Part shown: piece after piece, positions 26,102-36,064 of the stretch
How positions within the stretch are numbered: the stretch's first letter is position 1
How the letters are laid out: the number at the start of each line of letters is the position of its first letter
DNA from: an uncultured Rikenellaceae bacterium
Lineage (GTDB): Bacteria > Bacteroidota > Bacteroidia > Bacteroidales > VadinHA17
Length of the DNA: 64,000 nt
Assembly (NCBI GenBank): GCA_964421975.1
Contig: CAYQZL010000004.1
Location: 818 to 64,817, forward strand
Reading direction: 5' to 3'
The notes under the pieces: model-generated
Seen by the model: only the letters and a program-made list of their open reading frames with translations
What the model was told of the DNA's origin: nothing
The model's database searches: none
Program-made: the position numbers and the translations under genes

Positions 26102-28111
26102 ATGGAAGACATTATTTTCAGAAAGAGCATCACCGAAGGCATCCCTGCGGTTTTACCTCCCCCGAAGCCTTATGAAAAAAACATAAACCATGCCCCGGCA
26201 AGAAAGGATATTCTTACTGCAGGGGAGAAAAAACTCGCTGTCAGGAATGCCCTGAGATATTTTCCTGAGGAATTTCATACAGTTCTGGCACCCGAATTCG
26301 CCGGAGAGCTTACGGAATACGGGAGAATTTATATGTACAGGTTCCGTCCCGGATATGAAATGAAAGCACGGCCGGTATCTGAAATTCCCCACAGGTCACT
26401 GAAGGCAGCTGCGATTATGATGATGATACTGAATAATCTCGATCCTGCTGTTGCCCAGCATCCGCATGAACTGATAACTTACGGAGGTAACGGCGCGGTA
26501 TTCCAGAACTGGGCACAATATCTTCTGACTATGAAGTATTTGTCGGAAATGACAGATGACCAGACACTTGTAATGTATTCAGGACATCCCCTGGGTTTGT
26601 TTCCTTCACATAATGATGCTCCGAGAGTCGTTGTAACAAACGGAATGGTCATCCCAAACTATTCCTCACAGGATCACTGGGAAAAATTCAATGCACTTGG
26701 AGTATCTCAGTACGGGCAGATGACTGCCGGCTCATTCATGTATATCGGTCCTCAGGGTATTGTTCACGGGACCACAATTACACTTCTCAATGCGGGAAGG
26801 AAAATAAGTAGTGGCGATAACAGTTTTAAAGGGAAACTCTTTGTTTCATCAGGTCTGGGGGGAATGTCGGGGGCACAACCAAAAGCAGCATCGATTGCCG
26901 GTATGACATCAGTTATCGCCGAAATAAATCCCAGGGCAATGAAAAAAAGGTATGAACAGGGATGGGTCGATGAGGTGATAACCGGTCCTGACAGACTTGT
27001 GGCAAGAAGCATGAATGCCGTAAAAAAACATGAGACGATATCAATCGGTTACCTTGGCAATATAGTGGATGTATGGGAAAAATTTGCTGATGAGGGCATT
27101 ATGGTTGATATCGGATCTGATCAGACTTCTCTTCATAATCCCTGGGCAGGAGGCTATTATCCGGCCGGACTTACATTCGAAGAATCTGTACGTATGATGA
27201 CGACTGATCCTGAAGAGTTCAGGAAAAGAGTAAAGTCATCTCTCGTCAGGCAGGTTGATGCGATCAACAGGCATACTGCACGGGGAACTTATTTCTTCGA
27301 TTATGGTAATGCCTTTCTTCTGGAAGCTTCACGCGCAGGTGCTGATATATTACAACCCGGTGGGAGCTTCAGGTATCCTTCATATGTTCAGGATATTATG
27401 GGACCAGTCTGTTTTGATTACGGTTTTGGTCCCTTCAGATGGATTTGCTGTTCAAATGATCCGGAAGATCTGAAAATCACAGATACTGTTGCAATAAATG
27501 TACTTGAGGATCTGAAGAAGGATTCGCCGGCTGAAATAAGCCGCCAGATGGCTGATAATATTCACTGGATAAGAGAAGCAGGCAGGAACCGCCTGGTAGT
27601 TGGTTCCCAGGCAAGGATACTTTATGCTGATGCTGCAGGAAGGATTTCAATTGCAGAGGCATTTAACAAAGCAGTCGCATCAGGAAAAATATCCGCTCCG
27701 GTTGTAATCGGGAGGGATCATCATGATGTTTCGGGTACTGATTCTCCGTTCAGGGAAACTTCGGATATTTACGACGGTTCAAAATTTACGGCAGACATGG
27801 CTGTCCAGAATGTGATCGGAGATGCCTTCCGCGGAGCTACCTGGGTCTCGTTGCATAACGGAGGCGGAGTTGGATGGGGCGAAGTCATAAACGGGGGATT
27901 CGGTATGGTGATTGATGGTACAGAGGAAACTTTACAAAAGATAAGACTGATGCTCCACTGGGATGTAAACAATGGTATTGCCAGAAGAAGCTGGGCCAGG
28001 AACAAAGGGGCAATATTTACTCTTAAAAGAGAAATGGAACGGACACCGGGGCTTAAGGTTACAATTCCGCATATCGCTGATGACAAAATAATTGATCAGG
28101 CATTCAGGTAA
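26102..28111 (+). CDS. hutU: Urocanate hydratase (long form)
   Basis: 669 aa. YGGNGAVFQNWAQY, MTAGSFMYIGPQGIVHGT and GLGGMSGAQP. Confidence 0.9.
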   Translation: MEDIIFRKSITEGIPAVLPPPKPYEKNINHAPARKDILTAGEKKLAVRNALRYFPEEFHTVLAPEFAGELTEYGRIYMYRFRPGYEMKARPVSEIPHRSLKAAAIMMMILNNLDPAVAQHPHELITYGGNGAVFQNWAQYLLTMKYLSEMTDDQTLVMYSGHPLGLFPSHNDAPRVVVTNGMVIPNYSSQDHWEKFNALGVSQYGQMTAGSFMYIGPQGIVHGTTITLLNAGRKISSGDNSFKGKLFVSSGLGGMSGAQPKAASIAGMTSVIAEINPRAMKKRYEQGWVDEVITGPDRLVARSMNAVKKHETISIGYLGNIVDVWEKFADEGIMVDIGSDQTSLHNPWAGGYYPAGLTFEESVRMMTTDPEEFRKRVKSSLVRQVDAINRHTARGTYFFDYGNAFLLEASRAGADILQPGGSFRYPSYVQDIMGPVCFDYGFGPFRWICCSNDPEDLKITDTVAINVLEDLKKDSPAEISRQMADNIHWIREAGRNRLVVGSQARILYADAAGRISIAEAFNKAVASGKISAPVVIGRDHHDVSGTDSPFRETSDIYDGSKFTADMAVQNVIGDAFRGATWVSLHNGGGVGWGEVINGGFGMVIDGTEETLQKIRLMLHWDVNNGIARRSWARNKGAIFTLKREMERTPGLKVTIPHIADDKIIDQAFR

Positions 28112-28148
28112 TAGAAAATTCTGATTTGGATGAGACTTTTATTAGTTA

Positions 28149-28239
28149 CACAGAGTTACACAGAGGGTTCACAGAGTTTCACAGAGTTTCAAAGTATTAA
28201 CCTCTGTGGCCCTCTGTGAATCCTCTGTGTAACTCTGTG
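28149..28239. repeat. 4+4 word-hairpin array: (CACAGAG)x4 in 10/11/10-bp register, a 15-nt loop, then (CTCTGTG)x4
   Basis: CACAGAG at 28149, 28159, 28170 and 28180. CTCTGTG at 28202, 28212, 28223 and 28233. The outer 17 bp pair perfectly (cacagagttacacagag with ctctgtgtaactctgtg). The array sits between the convergent hutU and ispF genes and abuts the ispF stop. Confidence 0.9.
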
Positions 28240-28725
28240 TTATTTCTTAAAATTCTCCAGTAATACAGAAGCCATTGCCGCTATACCTTCCTCACGACCG
28301 ACAAATCCCATTTTTTCTGTAGTAGTGGCTTTAACTGATACAGCATCAATATTAATGCCGAGGATCGATGAAATAACCGATCTCATTTCGTGAATGTACG
28401 GGGCTATTTTTGGTTTCTCCAGACAGACGGTGCTGTCGATATTGATGACTGAAAATCCTTTTTCCCTTATTATTTCCAATGTTCTTTTAAGGAGTATCTT
28501 GCTGTCAATATTCCTGAATTCCGGGCTGGTATCGGGGAAATGATGTCCGATATCTCCAAGTGCTGCTGCACCGAGCATTGAATCGCATATAGCATGCAGA
28601 AGAACATCACCATCGGAATGAGCCACGCAGCCTTTATCCGATGGTATCAGGATACCTCCGAGCCATAATTTTAAACCTGTTTCGAGCCGGTGGAAGTCAA
28701 TACCCTGACCTGTCCTCAGGTTCAT
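28240..28725 (-). CDS. ispF: 2-C-methyl-D-erythritol 2,4-cyclodiphosphate synthase
   Basis: 161 aa. GIDFHR, HSDGDVLLHA and GDIGHHFPD. Its start overlaps the porV stop (ATGA). Confidence 0.95.
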   Translation of the reverse strand: MNLRTGQGIDFHRLETGLKLWLGGILIPSDKGCVAHSDGDVLLHAICDSMLGAAALGDIGHHFPDTSPEFRNIDSKILLKRTLEIIREKGFSVINIDSTVCLEKPKIAPYIHEMRSVISSILGINIDAVSVKATTTEKMGFVGREEGIAAMASVLLENFKK

Positions 28726-29915
28726 ATAGTTGAATTGACTGGTTTTCTCAGGGAGCTGATATCAAATGCAAGAGAAAAACGAAGGGTCCTCGCGAGAGGA
28801 TGGTTCTGGACAGTAGGCATCAGATATGAGAAATCGACTGTGAATCCGCTCAGTCTGAAGCCTGCACCTGCCGTAAAATACTTTCTGTTCCCCTTGGTCT
28901 CATTCTCATGGAAATAACCTGCTCTTATTGCGAACTGATTGTTATACCAGTATTCTGTTCCGACTGAAAGGGTGAATTCACGTAATTCTTCCCTGAAACC
29001 GTCCGGAGCATCATAGAAAGACTGGAAAATAGCTAGCGGTACCGAAACATTGGGATCTTTGCCTGCTATAATGCTGTCGGGATTATTTATATCATAATAC
29101 GGAGGTGTCGGAACAAGCAGCTTATTAATGTCTGCCGTGAGGGTAATCTGGTTATAAAGATCAAGATCGAGTGTAAGTGCTGTACCGAATCTCATGTTCA
29201 TAGGTATGAAGTCGGAAGTCTGTGCATCAGAATAGCTCATTTTGGATCCTATGTTTGAGAAGTTCAGTCCGAAGGCCAGCTGGCTGTCCTTTGTAAAAAG
29301 CGTGAGATCCGTATTATGGTAAAGCGAAATGTCGGCACCGACCGAAAGACCCGGTTTTGTAGCTTCCCCACCGGAATAGGATCCTCCGGTAAGATTTGAA
29401 TATATCATGCGGAATGCAATGCCACCCGACAGATTGTCTGTGAATAACCTTGAATATGCAAGATCGAATGCCCATTCATTGGGAGTGAAGGTTCTTTCAA
29501 GGTTCCCGTAAATATCTGTAAAGTCAACATCTCCCAGCGATGAATACAGAAGGCTTCCGCTGAGAACCTGTTTTGTATCTATTCTGTAAAATCCCGAAAG
29601 ATATGCTATGTTAATATCGGGAACCAGGTTGCGCAGCCACGGTGAATATGATATTCCAACTCCTCCATTTCCTTCGATAAATGCAAATTTAGCCGGATTC
29701 CAGTGCATACTGTAAACATCGGGGGATGTTGCAACACCTGCATCACCCATTGCTCCGGCCCTTGAATCGGGTGCAATTGTCAGGAAAGGTACAACTGTCT
29801 GGATGGCATTAAGTTCACCATCACTTACCTGACTGTAAAGGTTAATGGGCGCAGACAGTACAACTGTCATCAGGATCAATCCAATTAGTCTGTTTTTCAT
29901 TCCGATACGTGTCAT
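28722..29915 (-). CDS. porV: Type IX secretion outer-membrane protein PorV (LptO)
   Basis: 397 aa with an alternative ATG at 29900 (MKNRLIGLILM). VVPFLTIAPDSRAGAMGDAGVATSPDVYSMHWNPAKFAF is typical of PorV. Beta-barrel sequence character, and adjacent to porU. Confidence 0.85.
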   Translation of the reverse strand: MTRIGMKNRLIGLILMTVVLSAPINLYSQVSDGELNAIQTVVPFLTIAPDSRAGAMGDAGVATSPDVYSMHWNPAKFAFIEGNGGVGISYSPWLRNLVPDINIAYLSGFYRIDTKQVLSGSLLYSSLGDVDFTDIYGNLERTFTPNEWAFDLAYSRLFTDNLSGGIAFRMIYSNLTGGSYSGGEATKPGLSVGADISLYHNTDLTLFTKDSQLAFGLNFSNIGSKMSYSDAQTSDFIPMNMRFGTALTLDLDLYNQITLTADINKLLVPTPPYYDINNPDSIIAGKDPNVSVPLAIFQSFYDAPDGFREELREFTLSVGTEYWYNNQFAIRAGYFHENETKGNRKYFTAGAGFRLSGFTVDFSYLMPTVQNHPLARTLRFSLAFDISSLRKPVNSTI

Positions 29916-29968
29916 TCAAGAAAAATGTAAATATAAAACTAATTTTTTTGTGAGTTATTATCTGTTGT

Positions 29969-32900
29969 TCATAAAATGATTAATCTGCCGGTCCCTGCAG
30001 CCTCTTCTCCTTCGTCTGTCCTGACAGTTACCGAGTAGATGTACATGCCCTTTCCGACCCTCTTTCCGCCATCGGTATTGCCATCCCAGATTATTGGAGA
30101 TAAACGGTAACCTGTTGAATATGTTTCTTCTTTGATCTGTTTTATTATTCTTCCGCTCATGTCGAGTATGCTTACAGTGATCTCCAGTTTACAGTCAGGA
30201 CGATTATGATCCGCACTGAACCTGGTATCGCTGATAACCGGATTGGGATAGTTGATAACATCTTTCAGAATGAATTTTCCTTCCGGTTCAACTATGAACT
30301 GAATCGACTCCTGCGATGAATTGTTGAAATTATCCCAGGCCTTAAGGGTAAGAATATGACTGCCTTCCTGTAAATCCGAAAGGTCATAGCTTACTTTTCC
30401 CCTTATATAACTGTCAAAATCGCTCTCAAAGTAATTATTAAGTATTATTGTTGTTCTGGGATCGTTATTGAAATATGCAATAATATCATGCCCTATTCCG
30501 GCTCCGGTCGTGTTTATTCCACCTGCATCTTCAATTATCGCCAGGATACGCGGATCAGAAGAGGTAATCCCGCCGCTCCTGAAAAGGGTATCGTTAAGAT
30601 ATAGCTTTATAAGCGGACCTTCATTATCATTACCCGTTATGTTGGCAAATCCTCCTACAATGATACCGGAATAATATCCGTTCATATCCTGATTATCGTC
30701 CATGGCATAATAACTGATCTTGCCGGGTCCGTATGAATAGTTTATATCGCGCGGGACAATGAAGGTAAAGCTGAAATTTCCATTTAAGGCAGAAGTTTTT
30801 CCGCTGAAAAGAATATTATTCCTCATTTCAAAGGTCATCGGAAGCCCTCCGTCGTTTGCCAGTGTCTTTATCGTTGTACTTTTATCAAAAACGACCGGGG
30901 ATACTGTTCCGCTGAAGCCGCTCATTAATGTCCCGTTCCGATTTTCAATATGTCCGGAGACGGTTATTCTTGATAGCGCTTTCAGGGTGTCGGTGCTGCT
31001 GGTAACCGGTACATTGTTGATCGAATCGGTGACAACTTTTCCGTGCCATGGATATGAAAGTACGATCGCAGGATCGCCAAGCAGGGAAAAATTTCTCTTA
31101 TTGGGGCCGTTTCCCGAATTGTTCTTTGCAATTCTGATAATATCTCCCAATGCCATCGGACCACCTGATCCGTTCTCATCAAACAGTGCATCGTAAATAT
31201 TACGGTTCAGGTAATAGTTGGGTGCGGAATAGACAACACGTGTGGTTGACATAAGTGCTATTCCACCTCCCTCCGGGTTTAACAATACCATTTCACCTGC
31301 CGATGTCCTTGGCGTCAGGATCTTTGTAGCTAAATTCATATCAGCGTCATCGAATCTGCTGAATTCACATGTTGCAGTAATGAAAAGTGGAAGCCTGCTG
31401 CCGTTTTTCCAAGAATTTATATCTTCTGTCTTCATAACCCTTTCGTGAGCAAGCCCGTTCTCATTCCCATGACCAACATAATTGAAAATCAGACATCCCG
31501 AATTTATACGGTTATTGACAGCTATTGTTGCGTCCGGATAGGTCTGGCCATTGGCCGAGGTCTCCTGCCTGAATGCATCAAGATATATCTTATCCGTATT
31601 ATATTCCGGCACACTATCCTGGAGGATCTGCGCAAGTCCTTCAGCATCTGCCATATGTGCATTCCCATCCTCATCGTCCGCAACAATGCATATCGTGTTT
31701 TTCCATTCACCGTTATTTGACGGATCGAGGTAATTGATTATTTTGTTTACCACTATACGTGCCTGAGAAGTATCTGATGCCGGAATACGGCCAATTCCAA
31801 TATCCTCGGTGCCCTCAGCTTCTCCTTCTCCGTCTTCAAGAAGCCCGTAGAAATCATCCGATGTAAACGATGAAACAATTATATTTGAATTCTGTGACTG
31901 GTAGGTTGGTATAAAATTCGGATTATCAGGCGGTTGGGTTTTGTTTTCATAAGATCCATCACCGAAAAGAAGAAGGTATTTCAGTGGAGTGGATGTGTCT
32001 TCCTGCTTCATATATTTCATTCTCAGGAAGTTCCTTATAGCCGCTATGTCGGGGATCCCTCCTGAGAACTCATTATAGATCTGTCCCGGTGTAACCACCT
32101 GTGAAATCAGTCCGCTATTATTGAAATGAAAATCAGCCAGTTGCTGTGCATAATTTTTAAACAGCGGATGGGTGACAATGACCATTCCGGCAGGTTCCGA
32201 TGCATGAAGATCCTGGTTAGCAACAGCACCCCGTACGAATGAAGGCTTAATGAAATTTGTTTCGCTGAAAATGACAAATTTCCTGAGAGAATCAGAATAT
32301 GCCCTGAACAGGATATTTTCCCCGTTTCTGGACCATAATATATTTCTTGGATTTGCGGGATCTGTAATATCCCAGACCATTGGATTCTTATCAGGACTCT
32401 TTATCGAGTATTCAGTCAGGATTCCCTGACCGAAGACCCTGGAATCAGATACAAAAAGAGTATTACCTGTAAAAATATTGTGTTTTCTTGCATGAAGTGA
32501 TACGAAGTCAAGCCATCCTTTTGCACCCGGATCTTTTTCATTCCTGAATCCGATTTTAAAGACGGGTGTGGCTGAGGATGGAATAATAAATCCCGATGAA
32601 TCGGTTATTTCTGCATAGGTGCCGGTATAATTATACATATTGACATCCTGTACAAGAATTGTTTTCAGAGGTGTATCTCCTTCGAGGAGACTGAACTCTG
32701 AAACAGACGGAGCCCTGGCAAGTACTCTTAATCTGTATTTCACCGCTTCACCGCTTACCAGATCTGTAAATCCGGGTTTGATATCAATCTTTGCAACCGG
32801 AGACACAGGCTGGTACCATTCCCGTCCGGATTTGATTATATTTTCATTTTCCAGTTCATGTATATAGAGGAGATCAGATTCTGAGGAATAATGATCCGGT

Positions 32901-33409
32901 TCACCTGTTGATGCAGTCGCAGCAGATATATATTTCCCGGGTGTGTTTCCCGAAGTTATGAAATAATATGCCGTATCAGAATAATTGTGCCTGATAAAAT
33001 CGTACCTGCCGGCTGTTTTGTTGTAAGTCCACCTGTGTGTAGCCTGTCCGTAGAACAACAAATAATCACCTTCATTGAAAATCCCGTCACTGCCTTTTAC
33101 AAGCATCACCGGTATTTCCTTCAGATCGTCAGGGGCAGGATCGCTTGTACGGTATGATAGCTGTCCGGCATTATTGGCGAAAAGTCTGGGATTTGCAGGA
33201 CTTTCCAGACCGGCCTGTCTGAGCATTGAATAGTCGATCCTGTAAATACCATCATGGATAAGGGCTATCTTAGACCATTCACCTTTTGACAGAACGGATG
33301 ATAAAGAATAGTTATCTTTGGCCGTCTGTGAGTACAGAATGCCGGGTATAAAAATGAATATAAGTGATATTTTATGTAACAATCTGATCATCATTACGTA
33401 CAAAGACAC
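29969..33409 (-). CDS. porU: Type IX secretion C-terminal-signal peptidase/sortase PorU
   Basis: 1146 aa with a signal peptide. Gingipain (C25)-like core with His (VGHGNENG) and Cys (ITATCEFSRF). Beta-sandwich C-terminal domain ending GRLIIL. Confidence 0.8.
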   Translation of the reverse strand: MSLYVMMIRLLHKISLIFIFIPGILYSQTAKDNYSLSSVLSKGEWSKIALIHDGIYRIDYSMLRQAGLESPANPRLFANNAGQLSYRTSDPAPDDLKEIPVMLVKGSDGIFNEGDYLLFYGQATHRWTYNKTAGRYDFIRHNYSDTAYYFITSGNTPGKYISAATASTGEPDHYSSESDLLYIHELENENIIKSGREWYQPVSPVAKIDIKPGFTDLVSGEAVKYRLRVLARAPSVSEFSLLEGDTPLKTILVQDVNMYNYTGTYAEITDSSGFIIPSSATPVFKIGFRNEKDPGAKGWLDFVSLHARKHNIFTGNTLFVSDSRVFGQGILTEYSIKSPDKNPMVWDITDPANPRNILWSRNGENILFRAYSDSLRKFVIFSETNFIKPSFVRGAVANQDLHASEPAGMVIVTHPLFKNYAQQLADFHFNNSGLISQVVTPGQIYNEFSGGIPDIAAIRNFLRMKYMKQEDTSTPLKYLLLFGDGSYENKTQPPDNPNFIPTYQSQNSNIIVSSFTSDDFYGLLEDGEGEAEGTEDIGIGRIPASDTSQARIVVNKIINYLDPSNNGEWKNTICIVADDEDGNAHMADAEGLAQILQDSVPEYNTDKIYLDAFRQETSANGQTYPDATIAVNNRINSGCLIFNYVGHGNENGLAHERVMKTEDINSWKNGSRLPLFITATCEFSRFDDADMNLATKILTPRTSAGEMVLLNPEGGGIALMSTTRVVYSAPNYYLNRNIYDALFDENGSGGPMALGDIIRIAKNNSGNGPNKRNFSLLGDPAIVLSYPWHGKVVTDSINNVPVTSSTDTLKALSRITVSGHIENRNGTLMSGFSGTVSPVVFDKSTTIKTLANDGGLPMTFEMRNNILFSGKTSALNGNFSFTFIVPRDINYSYGPGKISYYAMDDNQDMNGYYSGIIVGGFANITGNDNEGPLIKLYLNDTLFRSGGITSSDPRILAIIEDAGGINTTGAGIGHDIIAYFNNDPRTTIILNNYFESDFDSYIRGKVSYDLSDLQEGSHILTLKAWDNFNNSSQESIQFIVEPEGKFILKDVINYPNPVISDTRFSADHNRPDCKLEITVSILDMSGRIIKQIKEETYSTGYRLSPIIWDGNTDGGKRVGKGMYIYSVTVRTDEGEEAAGTGRLIIL

Positions 33410-33507
33410 AAATTTTAAGGTGTTCTTTGACTTATTTTATTGTTTGAAGCCAGGCAAAATTAAAATAATAACGCTTTAAAAACGTTGATATTGCAGCGCG
33501 TAAAATT

Positions 33508-34476
33508 ATGATAAAACAGCTTAAAAGTATCATATTCCTGATTTTTATCATTGAAGGGATCATATGCGGGCAGTATTCTGATGCAGGCCTTGATTATCAG
33601 ATGATTATGCGTAATAATCCCGGGCTCACCGGTGCTGAGGGTGACGGTTTCCTGAGGCTGTCATATCTGAATTATTATCCGGGGCAGGGTTATAATCTTT
33701 TTTCGGGAAGTATTTCTTATGACGGATATTTTCCGGCACTTCACGGCGGTGCGGGTTTTTATGTCTCGAATGACTACATGGGAGGGATCATTAATGATTT
33801 TCAGGGCGGATTTTCTTACGCGTATTATTTTCAGGCAGGAAAAGGTTTGTTTATAAGTGCCGGACTATCAGCTTCATTGTATCACAGGGGATATAATTTA
33901 AGCGGTTCCGTGCTTCCTGAACAGATCGATCCGGTAAGTGGTGTCATTTTTCCTTCAGGAGAAACAATATCAGGGGAAGGTAAAAATGTTCTTGACCTGG
34001 GTACCGGCTTCCTGTTTATGACGGGAAGATTTTTCTGGGGTATCTCAGTCAGCCACCTTACCGAGCCGGATATTGATTATTCCGGTGATGCTGCAGGGAA
34101 GCTGGGAAGAAAGCTGTTGCTGCATGCTGCGGGTGATTATAGCCTCGGTAATGATAAGGAGCTGAAGATAAGACCTGTGATAAAATGTGAGATCATGAAG
34201 GATTTTATTATGGCGGGAGCCGGTGCAGTTCTTGAAGGCAGACACCTTTCAGTCAGTGCAATGATCTTCGGTGACAGGGGAAAAAACTACGACCTGCAGG
34301 CCGGATTTGCTGTTGAAACGGGGATCACTAAATTCTTTTACAATTACCGTTTCAATATGGCGTCGGGTAAAAATCTTCTGCCGTTCTCACTGTTCCATCA
34401 AACCGGTATAACACTCGGTTTAAACAATGTTGAAAAAAGGAGAGTCATTAAAACAATAAAATACCCTAATTTGTAG
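33508..34476 (+). CDS. PorP/SprF family type IX secretion membrane protein
   Basis: 322 aa with a signal peptide. N-terminal MRNNPGLTGA (the NPAxxG-like family motif) and beta-barrel sequence character. Confidence 0.65.
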   Translation: MIKQLKSIIFLIFIIEGIICGQYSDAGLDYQMIMRNNPGLTGAEGDGFLRLSYLNYYPGQGYNLFSGSISYDGYFPALHGGAGFYVSNDYMGGIINDFQGGFSYAYYFQAGKGLFISAGLSASLYHRGYNLSGSVLPEQIDPVSGVIFPSGETISGEGKNVLDLGTGFLFMTGRFFWGISVSHLTEPDIDYSGDAAGKLGRKLLLHAAGDYSLGNDKELKIRPVIKCEIMKDFIMAGAGAVLEGRHLSVSAMIFGDRGKNYDLQAGFAVETGITKFFYNYRFNMASGKNLLPFSLFHQTGITLGLNNVEKRRVIKTIKYPNL

Positions 34477-34477
34477 T

Positions 34478-34519
34478 TATCTTTGATGTTTTAAATATTT
34501 TTGGAATTAGTTATCTTTG
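34478..34519 (+). promoter_or_regulatory. Duplicated -7 boxes (two TATCTTTG inside a 12-bp direct repeat tagttatctttg) upstream of gldJ
   Basis: TATCTTTG at 34478-34485 and 34512-34519. The gldJ ATG is at 34552. Confidence 0.45.
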
Positions 34520-34551
34520 TAAACTGATAAAAGTCAAAAAACCAAAGTAAT

Positions 34552-36042
34552 ATGTACAAAATGAAAGTCTTGCCAGTCGTTTTGATCGCTGGATTAGTTC
34601 TCATTTCATGTAAAGGAGGTAAGCAGGCGGGTGTATCATCCACCACCGGATGGGAATATAATAATCCTGATAATGGCGGTTTTGAAGTGGTTATGGGTGC
34701 AGAACAAAAAACCGGACCAGGTCTTGTCCTTATAGAAGGAGGCCGGTTCACGATGGGACAGGTGCAGCAGGATGTTCTGTTTGACTGGAACAATAAGCCG
34801 AGGACTGTCACAGTATCATCATTTTATATGGATGAAACTGAAATAAGCAACGTTGATTACCGGGAGTATCTGTACTGGTTGAGGCGTGTTTATGTTGATT
34901 ATCCCGAAGTATACAGGAAGGCATTGCCTGATACTCTGGTATGGAGAAGTCCGATGGGCTTTAACGATCCTTATGTTCAGTATTATTTTCGTCATCCTGC
35001 ATATAACACTTATCCTGTTGTCGGTGTCAGCTGGCTCCAGGCCAATGATTACTGCCTGTGGAGAAGTGACAGGGTCAATGAGCAGTTACTTATTGATGAG
35101 GGTGAACTGAATCCTGATCCTGAACAGAAAAACCAGAATAACTTCAATACTGAAGCATATCTGGTGGGTCAGTATGAAGGTGTGGTAAATCAGCTCAGGG
35201 AGAGCCTGAATCCCAATCAGACCGAGAGAAGAACAACATTTGAAGACGGTGTCCTTCTTCCCAATTACCGGCTGCCTACTGAAGCAGAATGGGAATTTGC
35301 TGCATATGCTCTCAGAGGTAATACATATCAGGAGAGGATCTATGAAAGAAGAATATATCCATGGGATGGCCATAATGTAAGGAATTCCCAGAAAAGAAGC
35401 CGGGGTGAGATGATGTCAAACTTTGTCCGCGGAAGAGGAGATATGATGGGTGTTGCAGGAAGCCTTAACGATAATGCAAGTATTACAAGCGATGTAAAAT
35501 CATACTGGCCAAACGATTATGGTCTTTACTGCATGGCTGGTAACGTTAACGAATGGGTACAGGATGTATATCGTCCTCTGACCTCAGAAGATGTTGATGG
35601 TTTCAATCCTTTCAGGGGTAACGTATATACTGACCTTCGCCGTGACGCAAACGGAAGAGTCGTTACCAAAAATAACCTTGGTAAACTTTATATCGATACA
35701 GTTAAGGATATTGATGTGGCTAACAGATATAATTATCAGAAGGGCGATTACAGGAACTACAGGGATGGAGACCTTCAGTCTTCAATATCCACCGACTGGA
35801 GAGTTGATGACGGAGAAAAGGGTTCAAACAGAATGTATTCCCAGGATCAGGGAGCCGAAAGCCAGAGCGACTTTGTGACATTGATAAATGACAATGCAAG
35901 AGTATACAAGGGCGGATCATGGAAAGACAGGGCCTACTGGCTCAATCCTTCCACAAGAAGATTCCTTGACCAGGAAAGTTGCAGAGACGACCTGGGATTC
36001 AGATGTGCAATGATAAGAGTTGGAAGTCCGGCAGGATTCTGA
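34552..36042 (+). CDS. gldJ: Gliding motility lipoprotein GldJ (SUMF1/FGE-fold, non-enzymatic family)
   Basis: 496 aa with the lipobox LISCKGG. FGE-fold motifs RLPTEAEWEFAA, GNVNEWVQD, YKGGSW and GFRCA. The porV-porU / gldJ-murF neighbourhood matches Flavobacterium johnsoniae. Confidence 0.75.
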   Translation: MYKMKVLPVVLIAGLVLISCKGGKQAGVSSTTGWEYNNPDNGGFEVVMGAEQKTGPGLVLIEGGRFTMGQVQQDVLFDWNNKPRTVTVSSFYMDETEISNVDYREYLYWLRRVYVDYPEVYRKALPDTLVWRSPMGFNDPYVQYYFRHPAYNTYPVVGVSWLQANDYCLWRSDRVNEQLLIDEGELNPDPEQKNQNNFNTEAYLVGQYEGVVNQLRESLNPNQTERRTTFEDGVLLPNYRLPTEAEWEFAAYALRGNTYQERIYERRIYPWDGHNVRNSQKRSRGEMMSNFVRGRGDMMGVAGSLNDNASITSDVKSYWPNDYGLYCMAGNVNEWVQDVYRPLTSEDVDGFNPFRGNVYTDLRRDANGRVVTKNNLGKLYIDTVKDIDVANRYNYQKGDYRNYRDGDLQSSISTDWRVDDGEKGSNRMYSQDQGAESQSDFVTLINDNARVYKGGSWKDRAYWLNPSTRRFLDQESCRDDLGFRCAMIRVGSPAGF

Positions 36043-36064
36043 TTAAAAAAATAAATTATCTTTA

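Noticed and set aside
26102-28111. hutU as part of a hut operon or a horizontally acquired island
   Set aside because: No hutH, hutI or hutG genes are adjacent. Long-form HutU as a solitary gene is not by itself unusual, and I cannot measure a compositional anomaly by eye.
28149-28239. CRISPR array interpretation of the short repeat arrays (also 44781-44950, 54784-54880 and 57923-58042)
   Set aside because: The units are only 7-12 bp, with 2-5 bp spacers or none at all. There are no unique spacers of about 30 bp and no cas genes. The arms are inverted copies of each other.
34552-36042. GldJ as the formylglycine-generating enzyme for the two sulfatases
   Set aside because: The GldJ family has the FGE fold but is a gliding/T9SS lipoprotein. 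Both sulfatases are Ser-type, and FGE does not mature Ser-type enzymes.
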